Assembly (NCBI GenBank): GCA_038496445.1
Contig: JALMLS010000074.1
Coordinates: 1-64,000, forward strand
Length of the DNA stretch: 64,000 bases
From: Trichosphaerium sp. ATCC 40318
Taxonomy: Eukaryota > Protista > Tubulinea
Direction: 5' to 3'
The translations under genes and the position numbers were made by a program. The notes beneath the pieces are model-generated. The model was not told where the DNA came from. It was given only the letters and a program-made list of their open reading frames with translations, and made no database searches. This document shows positions 1-11,555 of this stretch, piece after piece; positions within the stretch are counted from its first letter, which is position 1, and every line of letters starts with the position of its first letter.

Positions 1-770
1 ATTAAGACTCATCAGGTTAATAGTGTGAACACCAGAAAGCGATTTCATACTTTTGTCTGATATGTTTCGACAACCATCAAGAGCAATGGTGTGTACACCT
101 TTTAGTTCTTCTATACCTTCATCTGTCACATAACTACCTTCAAGGTTAATTGTATGAACACCTTGAAGGGCATTAACATCGGTGACTTCGGTGTAACTAA
201 GATTAATGCTATGTACACCCTTTAGGTAGGCAATGCCTTGGTCTGTCACTTTAGTTTGCGAAAGATTAATTGTATGAACACCAGCAAGAGCTTTGATACC
301 GTAATCTGTTATTTGCGTACAACGTAGGAGGTCGATGGTATGTACACCCTTTAGGTAAGCAATGCCTTGGTCTGTCACTTTAGTTTGCGAAAGATTAATT
401 GTATGAACACCAGATAATGAATAAAGTCTTTGTCCTGTAATCATAAGGAAAGACAAGTTTCTTGCATCCTGACAACCAATGTGTTATATCGTTGTACATG
501 GCATCAACCTTTATGAGGGTATTGACATTACACCTAGAAAAAGGTAAATATCCAAGCTACTATTGAATACATGTCATTGCAAGCCAAAAAATGTACCTTA
601 TAGTGACGGATAGTAAGTGCATCATGTGGTTTAACTGTTGCAGAGACATAACCAATGACGTCATGTATAATATCTGCGAATGATCTACATGTATGTGCAG
701 CGATGTACCTTGCTTTTGACGTGTATTGTAGAATCAAGCACATAATCTCCGGTGTAGATCTAATAAACAT
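1..770 (-). pseudogene. F-box-like/leucine-rich-repeat gene (GVHTxxL-type LRRs), apparently frameshifted; runs off the window start
   Basis: Minus strand 420->1 is open and reads SLSGVHTINLSQTKVTDQGIAYLKGVHTIDLLRCTQITDYGIKALAGVHTINLSQTKVTD..., i.e. 21-22 aa LRRs. The upstream ORF 770->534 has F-box-like PEIMCLILQY...AAHTCRSF. The two parts cannot be joined in frame across the intron at about 533-596 without an indel. Confidence 0.6.
211..413. repeat. Near-perfect 74-bp direct repeat inside the LRR array (211-284 vs 340-413)
   Basis: atgtacaccctttaggta(g/a)gcaatgccttggtctgtcactttagtttgcgaaagattaattgtatgaacaccag occurs twice with one mismatch; spacing 129 bp = two LRR units. Confidence 0.9.
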
Positions 771-1089
771 GTTCTGGTTGCTTTAGGCCTAATCAAAGGT
801 CAGTACGTAACACAAGGATGTCACACTTTGAGGGTGTTAATACTGGCACAAATGCGAGTAATACACTGGATAGGGTGTACAAAGTAGCGGACCCACGTTT
901 TTTCCGAATTTTTGAAAGAAAAAATTCGAAAAAATAGAATTCGATACAAAAACTGAATGCCTAACCACCAATGATCACTATATGTGAGCGAAGTCGGGTT
1001 CTAGTTCCGAGCAGCGAGGACCCGACCGTAAGTGAACCAGGCGCTTTCTAGTTAAGTGGACGCCCTAGCTATGCATCTTTCTGCATCTT

Positions 1090-1464
1090 TCACACTTTGA
1101 ATTTTTGTTTTCGGAAAATGCGGAAACAACTATGGGTGTACAAAGTAGTGCAGCAGGGATAAGTTGATACGTACTGCGTGCGTAAGAGTTTTTTATGTCG
1201 TCCTTCAAGCGCTGTTGAGTCCTCGTAATTGGTAGCGCAAGGAAGCGCTTTAGCAAAGTTTATAAGTACTGTGTCTAACTTGCACTTCATTTCTGCTTCT
1301 GCCGATACAAGAACACTATTAATCGCTGCAGTGACATCCCTATCAAACATTTCGCGTTGTATTGGCGTTTCTTTTGATTTTACGTTTTGAAAGACGGTAT
1401 TGTGCTTTTGGAGATAGTAGTCATATGCTGCACGTAAATTTATTGGAAATGGAGGTCTTTCCAT
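1090..1464 (-). CDS. Intronless hypothetical protein (124 aa)
   Basis: Complete ATG-to-stop ORF with protein-like composition; no recognised family. Confidence 0.4.
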   Translation of the reverse strand: MERPPFPINLRAAYDYYLQKHNTVFQNVKSKETPIQREMFDRDVTAAINSVLVSAEAEMKCKLDTVLINFAKALPCATNYEDSTALEGRHKKLLRTQYVSTYPCCTTLYTHSCFRIFRKQKFKV

Positions 1465-2690
1465 TGCTGTTTGATCTTGAAAAAGTTTCAGAGTAAGATG
1501 GAGTCAATCGAAATCAAAATTGAACGAAAAAAAAAAATTACTGACTAACACTTTTTGTTGCTACAATGAGCGTGGCATGTACTTTCTCATCTCCTAACTT
1601 AAAGTTGTGATGGTCCTTAAATACATGAGTCGATACTGCTAAACTGGTTACTGTTCAGCTGCATTACAAGCGTAGAGTCTGAAATGGGTTCAGAATTTTA
1701 AAGTATTTATTGCCCAGCTTATTGTAGTATCCCGTTTTAGTAAATTATACATACACATGTTGAATGTTTGACACCATGACACTCTCATTCTTTTTGCCTC
1801 GCTGCCAAAGTTTAAGCGCATATGTCATAAATATAGTTGGATGTCATAAAAATGCTCGCTAAAAACATTGCTACCAAGAGTTTTAGATTAAACCAAGATA
1901 CTTTAGTTTTTTTCTTGTTTTGCTTACCTCTGAAAGGAACAGAGAAGAAATAACGCTTAGCGATTAGAGTGAACACAAAGCTTAGTCCTACGATCACAGG
2001 AGATATAACTGGATCAGAAATAACACCCTTGTTTTGCAAAGAAGACAAGTATATTGACCCGACACCAGACAATACCTAACGCAATTAGAAAGGACAAAAC
2101 TTTTTCAATCAATCAATGTCCCAATCACGTGATAGCAAGTTAAGTATAAAAAAAAATTGACATACAAGGCTTATAGAGTGCATGTAATTGAACCCAAGGA
2201 AGCCATGGTAAGCTGATTTCTCAAAACTCTTAGTGTTTTTCAATGTATCTTCTAGTGCTTTGTTTTTAGTAAAGAATTTTGGTCCTAGGCTAAACTCATC
2301 GCGAAATGTCAACCAACCGTGCCTAGTATAACGGTTTTTTTAGTATTTACGATAGTTTAGAGCGTTTAAGACCGTACATGCAACCCAAGAACGTATGAAT
2401 AACACCACCTGCTATGTAGCCAATGTTACCTGGTAGATCCATCTCTAATTATGCTAACAGACCGTTTTTAATTCAGAAAAAGTCAATTTCGAGTCTTGTG
2501 GTGTTTAACAATACAACGGACCGTTTATTTTATGTACTACAGTTGCAAAATTTATGCGTGGACAATAAAATTAGGGAGTGTATAACTTTCGGTTCGTTGC
2601 CAGTTGAATTAAACGACTTTTGTTGCCAAATATTCAAAAAAATTGTAATTTCCCTCAAATCCCACAGACCTTCAACTATTAAACAACCGC

Positions 2691-4723
2691 ATGTCTAAAA
2701 TACAATCCGCTGGCGATCTTTTTGCTGCTGCAAATGCTTCATTCGTAGACGAAGACTATGAAGATGCTTTACAACAATATACCGAAGCAATCGAATTAGA
2801 TGAAAAAATCTCTGACTACTACGTTAAGAGATCGTTTTGCCATTATAAACTGAAAAACTTCGCAAGTACGTGACCATCGTACCTAGAATTGTTCTAAATA
2901 CATTATAGAAGCAATTGCTGATGCCAACCAAGCATTAACCCTTGATAAAGGAAACTCTAAAGCTTATTTGCGGAAAGGGTACGCAAACACGCCTAGCCGT
3001 TGGCGTTAGATCACATTTTTGTACAACGAATCATCGCTAAACGAATCGTTGATAATCGTTCTTCAACACCTAACGTTGTTTTAGTATTGCACTCTTCGCT
3101 GAAGATGAGTACGAGAGCGCATTAGCAGCTTTCAATAAGGTAATTCAGCAAAATGGATCTGGCTTTTGTTCAAATAAGACTTGTAGAGCTTGCATTAACT
3201 CATTCAATAGGGATCAGAGCTTGATGCAGCTAACAGACAATTCAAAAAATGGATCAGGAAATGCAAGGCAGAAATCGCTGGTACGTTTTTGTTATAACGT
3301 TGTTTCGACCAGGAATTGACGCTGTGCCCCACAGCCACAGTGTCGCATACGAAAACTTTCAAAAAGAAGATTTAATACTTTTTTTTGACTTCTCGTTCTG
3401 ACTGTGATTTAGAGGACGAAGATGACCTTGATCTCCAAACTCCTGCTCCTACTCAAACAACACAACCTGAAAAACCTGTTAAAGAAGAAGCAGCAGCGTT
3501 CCCAGATGATATGCCTGGTACTGACGCGTGTTTTTAATTTATCTTGGCTTTTTGCATTTATTGTTGTAAAAAGTCTGAAGCCCACCTGTCAATCGCTTCT
3601 ACAACTTTCTGACGTTCTATTCAAGGTTTAGAACCAGATCCAGCCACAAAAGCAACAGAACCTGCTGATACACCAATGCCAGACGCTCCAGCTAAAAAGA
3701 AACGACCTCCACTCTTCAGACACGACTGGTACGGTTTTGTAGATCTGTTTACTCATATTTCGGCGGTTATGTTCAATCTGACCTTTTTTGCCTAGGTTTC
3801 AGACAACTCAGAAAATTACAGTTTCAGTATTTGCTAAGAATCAAAAAAAAGAGGATGTCAAAGTTGACATACAAAAAGGAGAACTTAGCGTCTGTATAAA
3901 GCTTCTTGAAGGTAAAGAGTTCATCCTAGACTTGGAGCTTTGTGATGAAGTAGTACCAGCAGAGAGCAAGGTAACATACGGTTTATTGATAAGCTTCTTT
4001 TGGAAACTTGTAAAAAAAAATTCAATTAGTTTTATTTCGTCAACCGCCGACTATATCTGACTGCTACTAATCTCAACCTTTAGTTCGTCGTACTCTCATC
4101 CAAAATTGAGATTTCATTGAAGAAAGCGACACCAAACCAATGGCCTACCTTGGAGAATACTGGACAATCAGCACGTGAGTGGGCCACTGTCTCTGACCCA
4201 AAGAATAAACCGAAGAGAAAGGATTGGGATAAAATCGCAGAAGATGTACGCCGTTTTGAGAAAAAGGAAACAAATCTAACAACCGATTAATATTGTTTAT
4301 TAGCTCTATGAAGAAGATAACACTGATGGAGACCATAAATTAAACAAGGTACACTATTTTGAAGTATTTAAAAGTCGAATTAGAGCGTAGAAAGACCAAA
4401 AATATTCTATTTTCGCATAGAAGGAAATTGAGTCTTCTTTGTGTTTTGTTCTAAGTTTTGCGTCTACGCCAAAACCTTTTTGTTTCATTTTTCGCATTGA
4501 TAGCACTGTATCGGCTTGCTCAAAATACAAACAGCGCCTTAAGGTATTCCGAGACATATTTGCGGGTGCCACTGATGACCAAAGACGTGCTATGCAGAAG
4601 TCTTTTCAAGAGTCTGGTGGTACAGTTCTCTCAACCAACTGGGACGAAATCTCCAAGAAAAAAACCGAAGTTACACCTCCAGATGGCCTAGAAGTAAAGA
4701 AATGGTCCGATCTGACCAACTAG
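2691..4723 (+). CDS. SGT1: SGT1 Hsp90 co-chaperone (TPR-CS-SGS), multi-exon
   Basis: N-terminal TPR (AANASFVDEDYEDALQQYTEAIELD), CS domain (RHDWFQTTQKITVSVFAKN...SKIEISLKK), SGS domain (KDWDKIAED...RRAMQKSFQESGGTVLSTNWDEI); exons join at GT-AG sites. Confidence 0.96.
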
Positions 4724-5109
4724 ATGAGGATAAAAGAATTCCTTTATCGAGTAACACCTTAATGCGCTTTCCTTTTTTGTGCTCTTTAGAGTGTTTATAA
4801 TAAAATATCAACACACCACAACAGTTTGTACACGCCCAAACACTAATTAATATTTCAGAAAATACCGAGTCTGGACTTGCTACGATGGAGTTTTCTCCGT
4901 TTCTGCGTCCAACCACCGGGGTTTACCATGTTAAAGCCTTAATATGTGCTGTAGCTACGTTTTAGGAGTAAAAATTGACTACCTCCCGTTTTAGTTTTCA
5001 AAACAAGCCAGATATTCAGTAGAAGGCAACTAAAGCACTCATATTCTTTTTTTTGTCATTTGAACGGCGTTGGAGAGAGTTTGACTGTCTTGACTAAATT
5101 TTTCGCCTT

Positions 5110-7482
5110 ATGGATGAACAGGGACATTTTGGCAGCAACAACATGGCAAATTACGGACCAATGCACGGCGCGCAATCAGTAAACATGCCTACTCATGGGC
5201 ACAACGGTAATAACCAGCCTGGTTTCGCGCACTTCGAGCAGGTAAAACTAGCTATACTCCGTGTGGTGTTTTCAGTAGCTTATGATAAATCAGTTTTCGG
5301 AGGAGGATAATAATTTGCTTATGAGCGTTTTACACACGCCCACAGACCCATCGACGTTAAAGGTTGAACCACCAGGACAAGGAGTGGTGTTTCATCCTTA
5401 CCAGCCAGTTGGGTAACGATGAAACCGTTGCAATATGTTTTAAAACATTCCTTGTAGGCAACCCCCTCATTATGGAGGCGGTCCAATGCTAGCACAACGT
5501 GACATGCAACGCGGCTTTCCTATGGGCCCACCACCTAGTACGTCGTACCTATGAAGCAACGATAACCTAATGAGCCGTAAAGCGATGAATTACCCTCCTC
5601 AAATGCGTGAACAGACGCAAATGCGAGTAGATCAAACGCACCAGTTCGCACAACAGCAACAGCATAAACAGCATGAAGAAGAACAGACTGACGTTAACCA
5701 AGCCGCTAAATCGCGGCGTAGAAGGTACATTACTTAGCTAATTACACTTGCGTGTCATTTACATCTATCGTGAATCAACAAAGATGATAGCTAGGCTATC
5801 TAGACACGCATATTTGGCGAAATTTGCCTTTTTGTCACGATTGCGCTTTTTATCCTCGAATTAACGCTAAAAGTCTCAAAACAACGCTAAATAATTCTGG
5901 AATTCTTTAATTTGTATTTAAATGGTATTTTCAAGGTAGCGTAGTAAACGCTAAAAGATTATTAACGTAACCAACGTTTAAATTTTTTATTCTTACCTGT
6001 TTTTACCTTTTTTTTTTATTTCCAACGTCAAAAATGGCGTCACCTTGAAACAATTAAAACAGGCGTTCAACAAAAAAAAGAAAATTAAAAAATACGTACT
6101 GTTCTCCTTTAATCTTATTCTCGTTTGCCTCTCTTGTCATTTGTAACTTTATCCATTAGGGAAAGCCAGAATAGAGCATCTAGAAACTATCGTCAAAGGA
6201 AAAAGGAATATATCAAAGATATTGAATCTAAACTAGCACAGCTTAGTCTTGAAAATGAACAGTTAAGAGCTGAAAATATGAAAAACAAAATTCTTGCTTC
6301 TCAACTCACAATTGAAAATGCTGAACTTAAAACTACCGCCAAAACCAATAGTAAGTATACCTCTAATATGCTAAAACAGTACCTTTTGTGATAGACTTGC
6401 TGACTTTTTTTTGTAGTTAGTGGAAAAACGCCACATCCTCTCTACAGATCATACAGTAATGAAATAGCAGTAATGGACAAAGAAATCGAGAAGATTATGA
6501 TCGCTCTACAAGAAGCATGTAAACGTGAAGACGAAGCTACTATTTCGAATCTACTCAAAGACTTTCATCAACACCAACGTCAACGTCAAGATATGCTTAC
6601 TAAAGAAGTACAACAGTTGGTTACACCTAAGATGCAAGAAAAGTTTGTTCGCTTGTCTGGTGTTCCACCTAAGATGACAGCTGATCAAGAGATTAACCGT
6701 TGGTTATCTGGTCTTGCTGATCAAGGTGTTTCAGTTGCACAAATTGAAGAATTAAAGAAACTTGAGAGTAGACACTACGCCGGTACGCGTTGTATTTTTT
6801 TTTTTTGTTGTGCCCAAAGCTTTTGATTAAAGGTTTACGTTGGGTGTATTAAGAAAAGGACTCTCATTTTTTTTACTTGATTTGATTTATTGCTTTTTAT
6901 TTACTCTTTTTCTCCTTATAGAATTGCGTGTGATTTATAGAGAGCGTGAGGATGTAAACGAGACCATTCGTGGTTTTTATCAAGATAAGATACTTAATAA
7001 CCCAACACAAGTCGTTAATAGTGCATTGCGACTTGATGATTCCAGCATTCTCGTACTATCGAACAAGTTAGAGCTATTAAAGAAAAATCTGCAGCGCGAG
7101 AACGAGCTAGTTAGTAGCACGTTAGATGACTTTGGAAACATTCTTAGCCCTGTTCAAGAAGCGTACGACATATCCGCGGACTTTATCCCTTTTCTTTTTT
7201 TGTAACTTGACAAGTTGGTAAAAAAAACTCCGCCATCAATACAGTTGTCCACTTTTCACCTTTGTTTTTCTTTTGGTTATACTCACTTCTATCTCTAGTA
7301 TTCTAAGCTTAAAGCATTACCACGTGTACAAGACAACGATATCTAGTATGCAAATGTTGAACAATGGTAAGCGAAGCATTTGAATTTTTTGATTTTTAAA
7401 AGACTCTTTCTCTTTGTCTATGTTATCTTTTATTTACATTTTTTTTAATTTAGTGTGGAAAGCTCTCAGCAGCGACGAGTAG
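5110..7482 (+). CDS. bZIP transcription factor, DimA/DimB-like basic region, multi-exon
   Basis: Q/P/G-rich N-terminus; spliced basic region KSRRR|[17 protein letters not shown] followed by a leucine heptad ([19 protein letters not shown]); helical C-terminal domain; last exon VWKALSSDE* ends at 7482. Confidence 0.88.
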
Positions 7483-8482
7483 CCCAGTCAACTATTTTGT
7501 AATTTGCTGTACATAACGCTACATAAAGTAATTTCCTTCAACGTCATTGGTTTTTTGGCTCTAGTACAACGCGTTTAAATACTATTTTCTTTGCTGATTT
7601 CGCTACGACATTAACTTTTCCAGCCTCTACAACTGGGTTTCAGTTTGTTGGCTTTTTTTTTGCCAAATATCAACGTTTAATGTACCTTGGTCCTCTAGGA
7701 ATAAGTTTGTACCAACCACAGCCTGATATTTACCTTGAAATACTAAACCGTCAATTGTGAGCATTGGCGTCGCTGTCTCTAAGCCTACTATGCTATGATT
7801 TCCTGTTATAACGTAATTATTGCTTTGCTCTATGCCTATAGTTGCTGCATGTATCCAAGAAGCCTTTGCCGAGCTCAGGAAGCTCTATGAGTATATGTTG
7901 CTCCATTCCCGAAAATTAGAAACAATAAAAACGAGGGATTGACAACCCAGTTTCAAGAAATTTCAAAATTGCCAGTACAATACAATGCAGTGACTGGTAG
8001 TATGTGATTTAGAAGTGTAGGAACTCGTAGTGTCAAAAAGTGGAACATAGGCTGAATATATAATTTATTAGATAGTTTATACGCGTGCTATGTCATACAT
8101 AGGTGGTTAACAGGCTACAAAAGCAAAAAAACTCCTTCCTGCCTCTTTTGACTTTCACGGCTTAAAAGCTCTGTCCCGAAAAGTAATCAGTTACACTACA
8201 TTTTTGGTCTCTAGGCCAACTCTCCGGCCTGTACAGCATTAATAGTTCAACGAGGTGCGTCTAAAAAACAATAGCTATTATTGAACGTATATCTTTATAA
8301 AACCAACTACAACGCATTCGGCACATAATTTAAGTACTATTTTGTGTACTCGCGCCGATGTGCTTTCTTTCCCGAAAACGCGCTTTTTCTTCATTTAGAA
8401 CTCACTGTGGCCTTATGTTCTCACTCTACCTTTACTACCAACCTCTTTTTTGATTAAATTTGAACTAGCTTGTAAAATAACT

Positions 8483-11400
8483 ATGGAACATTCGTCTCGT
8501 TGGCTCGTTTGTGTGTGCGCATTAGTGTTCCTCCAAAGCGTGGTTGCGCAACCATTTGAGACGCGGTGCTTGCGTTTCAACTCCCGTGATGTTGATTTCA
8601 CAGCAGCCAGTACGTTTATTAACTCGGAAGAATGGAGCCTCGTTTAATTGGCAGCAAACTTTTCTCATTGCACAAGCCATTAATTTGCTAGAAACAGCTC
8701 GCACTTCGTTTTACTTATTCTCGTAGCGCCTGTGGCAGACCCACCCGAGACATACATAATCCCAAAAACGCGGTTCGACTTCACCTTAAGATGCTCAACA
8801 GAACCTCTTTGTGTGAACCCTGGTCCTTTTAGCACGGATCCCGCTGATTGTTCAAATCTGCCTTCATTTGGCAGTAATATACAAATATTCAATTGCGCGC
8901 AGTTCGGTACAGTAGTGTTTTAAAAACATCACTAAAAAACCTCGATGGACCTTATTTTATTAAAATCCTTCCTTTTTTGCTCTTTTGTTCTAACTAGCGT
9001 TATCGTAGGTCCTTATGATGTAGATGGTGTCTCGTCAGAGTTATCATTCGATTTCGACCGTACAGATGGATTAGATGATCCAGAGGCACAAGAACAGTTT
9101 TACGTCAACAATGGGCGCATACCTATACTCGGTGGAGGATCAGACACTGATAGGCCAACTCCAAGAGTAATACGTGGTGTTAGTGCCACCGGACAAGAGA
9201 CGTGCGCTTTTTGGATCAAATAGCGCTAGTTGACGTTATTCACATTTTATTTAGATATTTTTTTAACGTGCGAGGCCTCTCAAGTGAATCAACTGACGGT
9301 TTCTTGGGCGAAGCACTTCAAACAATGGAAATCCGCGTAAACTACTTGCCAAACCTTGGTACTTTAATTTTGCAAGCAATGAGTGCTAAGATTGATTATA
9401 GGACCTTCTGGAACCGATACTACTACACTTAATGCACCTTTCCCACGAATGACATCTACAACTAATGATTTTGATCCAACCACGACAGAGACTAGTTTCT
9501 TTATTGTGCAACACTCAGTGATTTCTTTCTCACCATGGTATGCTTCTAGAACATTGTTACAAGTTGTTTTGAACCAATCCGCTAACTCCACCCAGTACTG
9601 GTGCCGAAGTCTTACAACGGATCCCGCGCTGGCAGAGCGGTGTTGAGCAGTGTGATTTCTCTCCTTTGACAGTTCAGCCACAATGCTGTGGATCATCTCA
9701 GACCCTGGACTCAGATGACTTTGATTTCAGTGATAATGAGATTATTATGGTTTCTAATGGTTCGTAAACGATAAATTGCTGTTCTTTTCTTTTTCTTATT
9801 CTTTCTGTAGCGTTTCTCGTTCAGGACGTGACAAATGACCCAACTCAATGTCCTCAACCTCCAGCTGCTCCAACCCCACCCACAACTGCACCAACGCAGG
9901 CTCCGACAACTGCATCACCTACCACAGTACATCCAACAACAATACCTCCATCAACAATGCCACCTACAACAGCAGCACCAACAACAGTAGCTCCAACTAC
10001 CTTACCACCAACTACGTTGCCGCCAACGACTCTCCCTCCGACAACTCTTCCTCCTACAACGTCGCCACCAACTACTTTACCACCAACGACATTGCCGCCA
10101 ACGACATTGCCACCAACGACAGCGCCTCCTACAACTGCACCACCAACAACTGTTCCACCAACCACTCAACCTCCAACACTTCCACCTGCCTTTCCAACAG
10201 TTGCACCAGCGCCAATAGCTCCAACAAGCTTACCACCAACAACAACACCGCCAACAACAGAGTCTCCAACATCTGCTCCAACTACTGTGATGCCTACAAG
10301 TACTCCAACAAAAGCACCACGTATTTGTCCTGGTAGAGGTTATTATGGTGACAACTGTGATTGCTACATTTTCGCTTTCCTAGATTGCTCTGATCGTCTA
10401 CCTTTGCCTGATACGTATATTGCTTGGTTTGGTTACAGCTTTCATTGCAAGAACGTGAGGTCACCAATACCAGAGTCTGTAGAGATTCCATTTGGAGAAC
10501 ATAACATGATTTCTCACTTCGTACGTGGTTATACATAACAAGTCAGACTTTTATTGACTGTTTTAGACTGATGATGTACCGACTACATTTGTGCCTGGTA
10601 AGCATAGATTTGTATATAACGTTACATACGTAAAGTACAACGAGTCTAGCCATGGACCAACATGGTCTGTTCATGGACGTGATGCTATTGATTGTGAGCC
10701 TCCAGATGCTTTCTGTGAGGTCAAGAAGACATTGTATGATGCTTCTCAAGCTGGTGAAGAGCCACCAGTAATAACAAGCGAAGAAACAAGGTACAAAAAC
10801 AATTAGCGTTGTGTTTGGCTTTTCTAATCAATTATTTCAGTGCGGCGAACTTCTCTAGCCGTTTTCCAGACGTAGACGACTACGCTTTACGGATGGTTTC
10901 AGTAGAAACTATTATGGAGCTCTCTCAAGAGCGTCAAGAGGCTGAAGCGCTTATTTTCACAGAACCTGTAGATGGTATTCCTTCATCACGTCATCACGCT
11001 ATTGGTCATCTACCTGAGCAACAGTATTCTGTTACCTCTGAACCTCTTTGTGATATATTAGCAGTTAGAGTAGAAGCATCTGATGCTATTTGCGTTGATA
11101 TTGTAGAAAACAAGTACGTAGCCAGCTCTTACAAAAATGGTCTTTTATTTTCTTTACTTACTCTTTTTTACCAGAGATACCACCAATTTACGAAATATCT
11201 CAGGATGTGCTCTCACTAAGTTTCATTATGAGCCACGTTACACTGCAGAGGTTAAAATGGATGTAGGATTTTCTCCTGTTCCTCAAATGTGGCTTGTTAC
11301 TGTTTCCACTACGAGTACTGAGCTAGTGTACTATGACATCAATGTAGAGTGCTATACGCAACAAGAATGGACTATCCACCTTGCTGAGAGCGCTCAAAAC

Positions 11401-11555
11401 CTAGAGGCAACGTGCGTAGCTGTATTTACAAAATCGTCTACTTACCTTTTTTTTTTTCCTTTAGAAAGAAGCTTTTGGGTTATCATGCATCCTCTGCGGA
11501 TAGAATAGTATTAGCTGGACTTACTTGCCTATTGGCAATGATACTATTACTTTAA
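8483..11555 (+). CDS. Secreted GPI-anchored mucin-like surface protein, multi-exon
   Basis: Signal peptide MEHSSRWLVCVCALVFLQSVVAQ; Cys-containing N-terminal domain; long Pro/Thr stalk; Cys-rich second domain; C-terminal ASSADRIVLAGLTCLLAMILLL* typical of a GPI signal. Confidence 0.8.
9850..10320 (+). repeat. Coding minisatellite, 15-bp/5-aa period (PPTT[L/A/S/V])
   Basis: PTTLPPTTLPPTTLPPTTLPPTTSPPTTL... in ORF 9828..10538, with synonymous divergence between units. Confidence 0.9.

Noticed and set aside
9848-10336. Alternative-frame and antisense ORFs (VVGG repeat, N/S-rich)
   Set aside because: Shadows of the PPTT mucin repeat.
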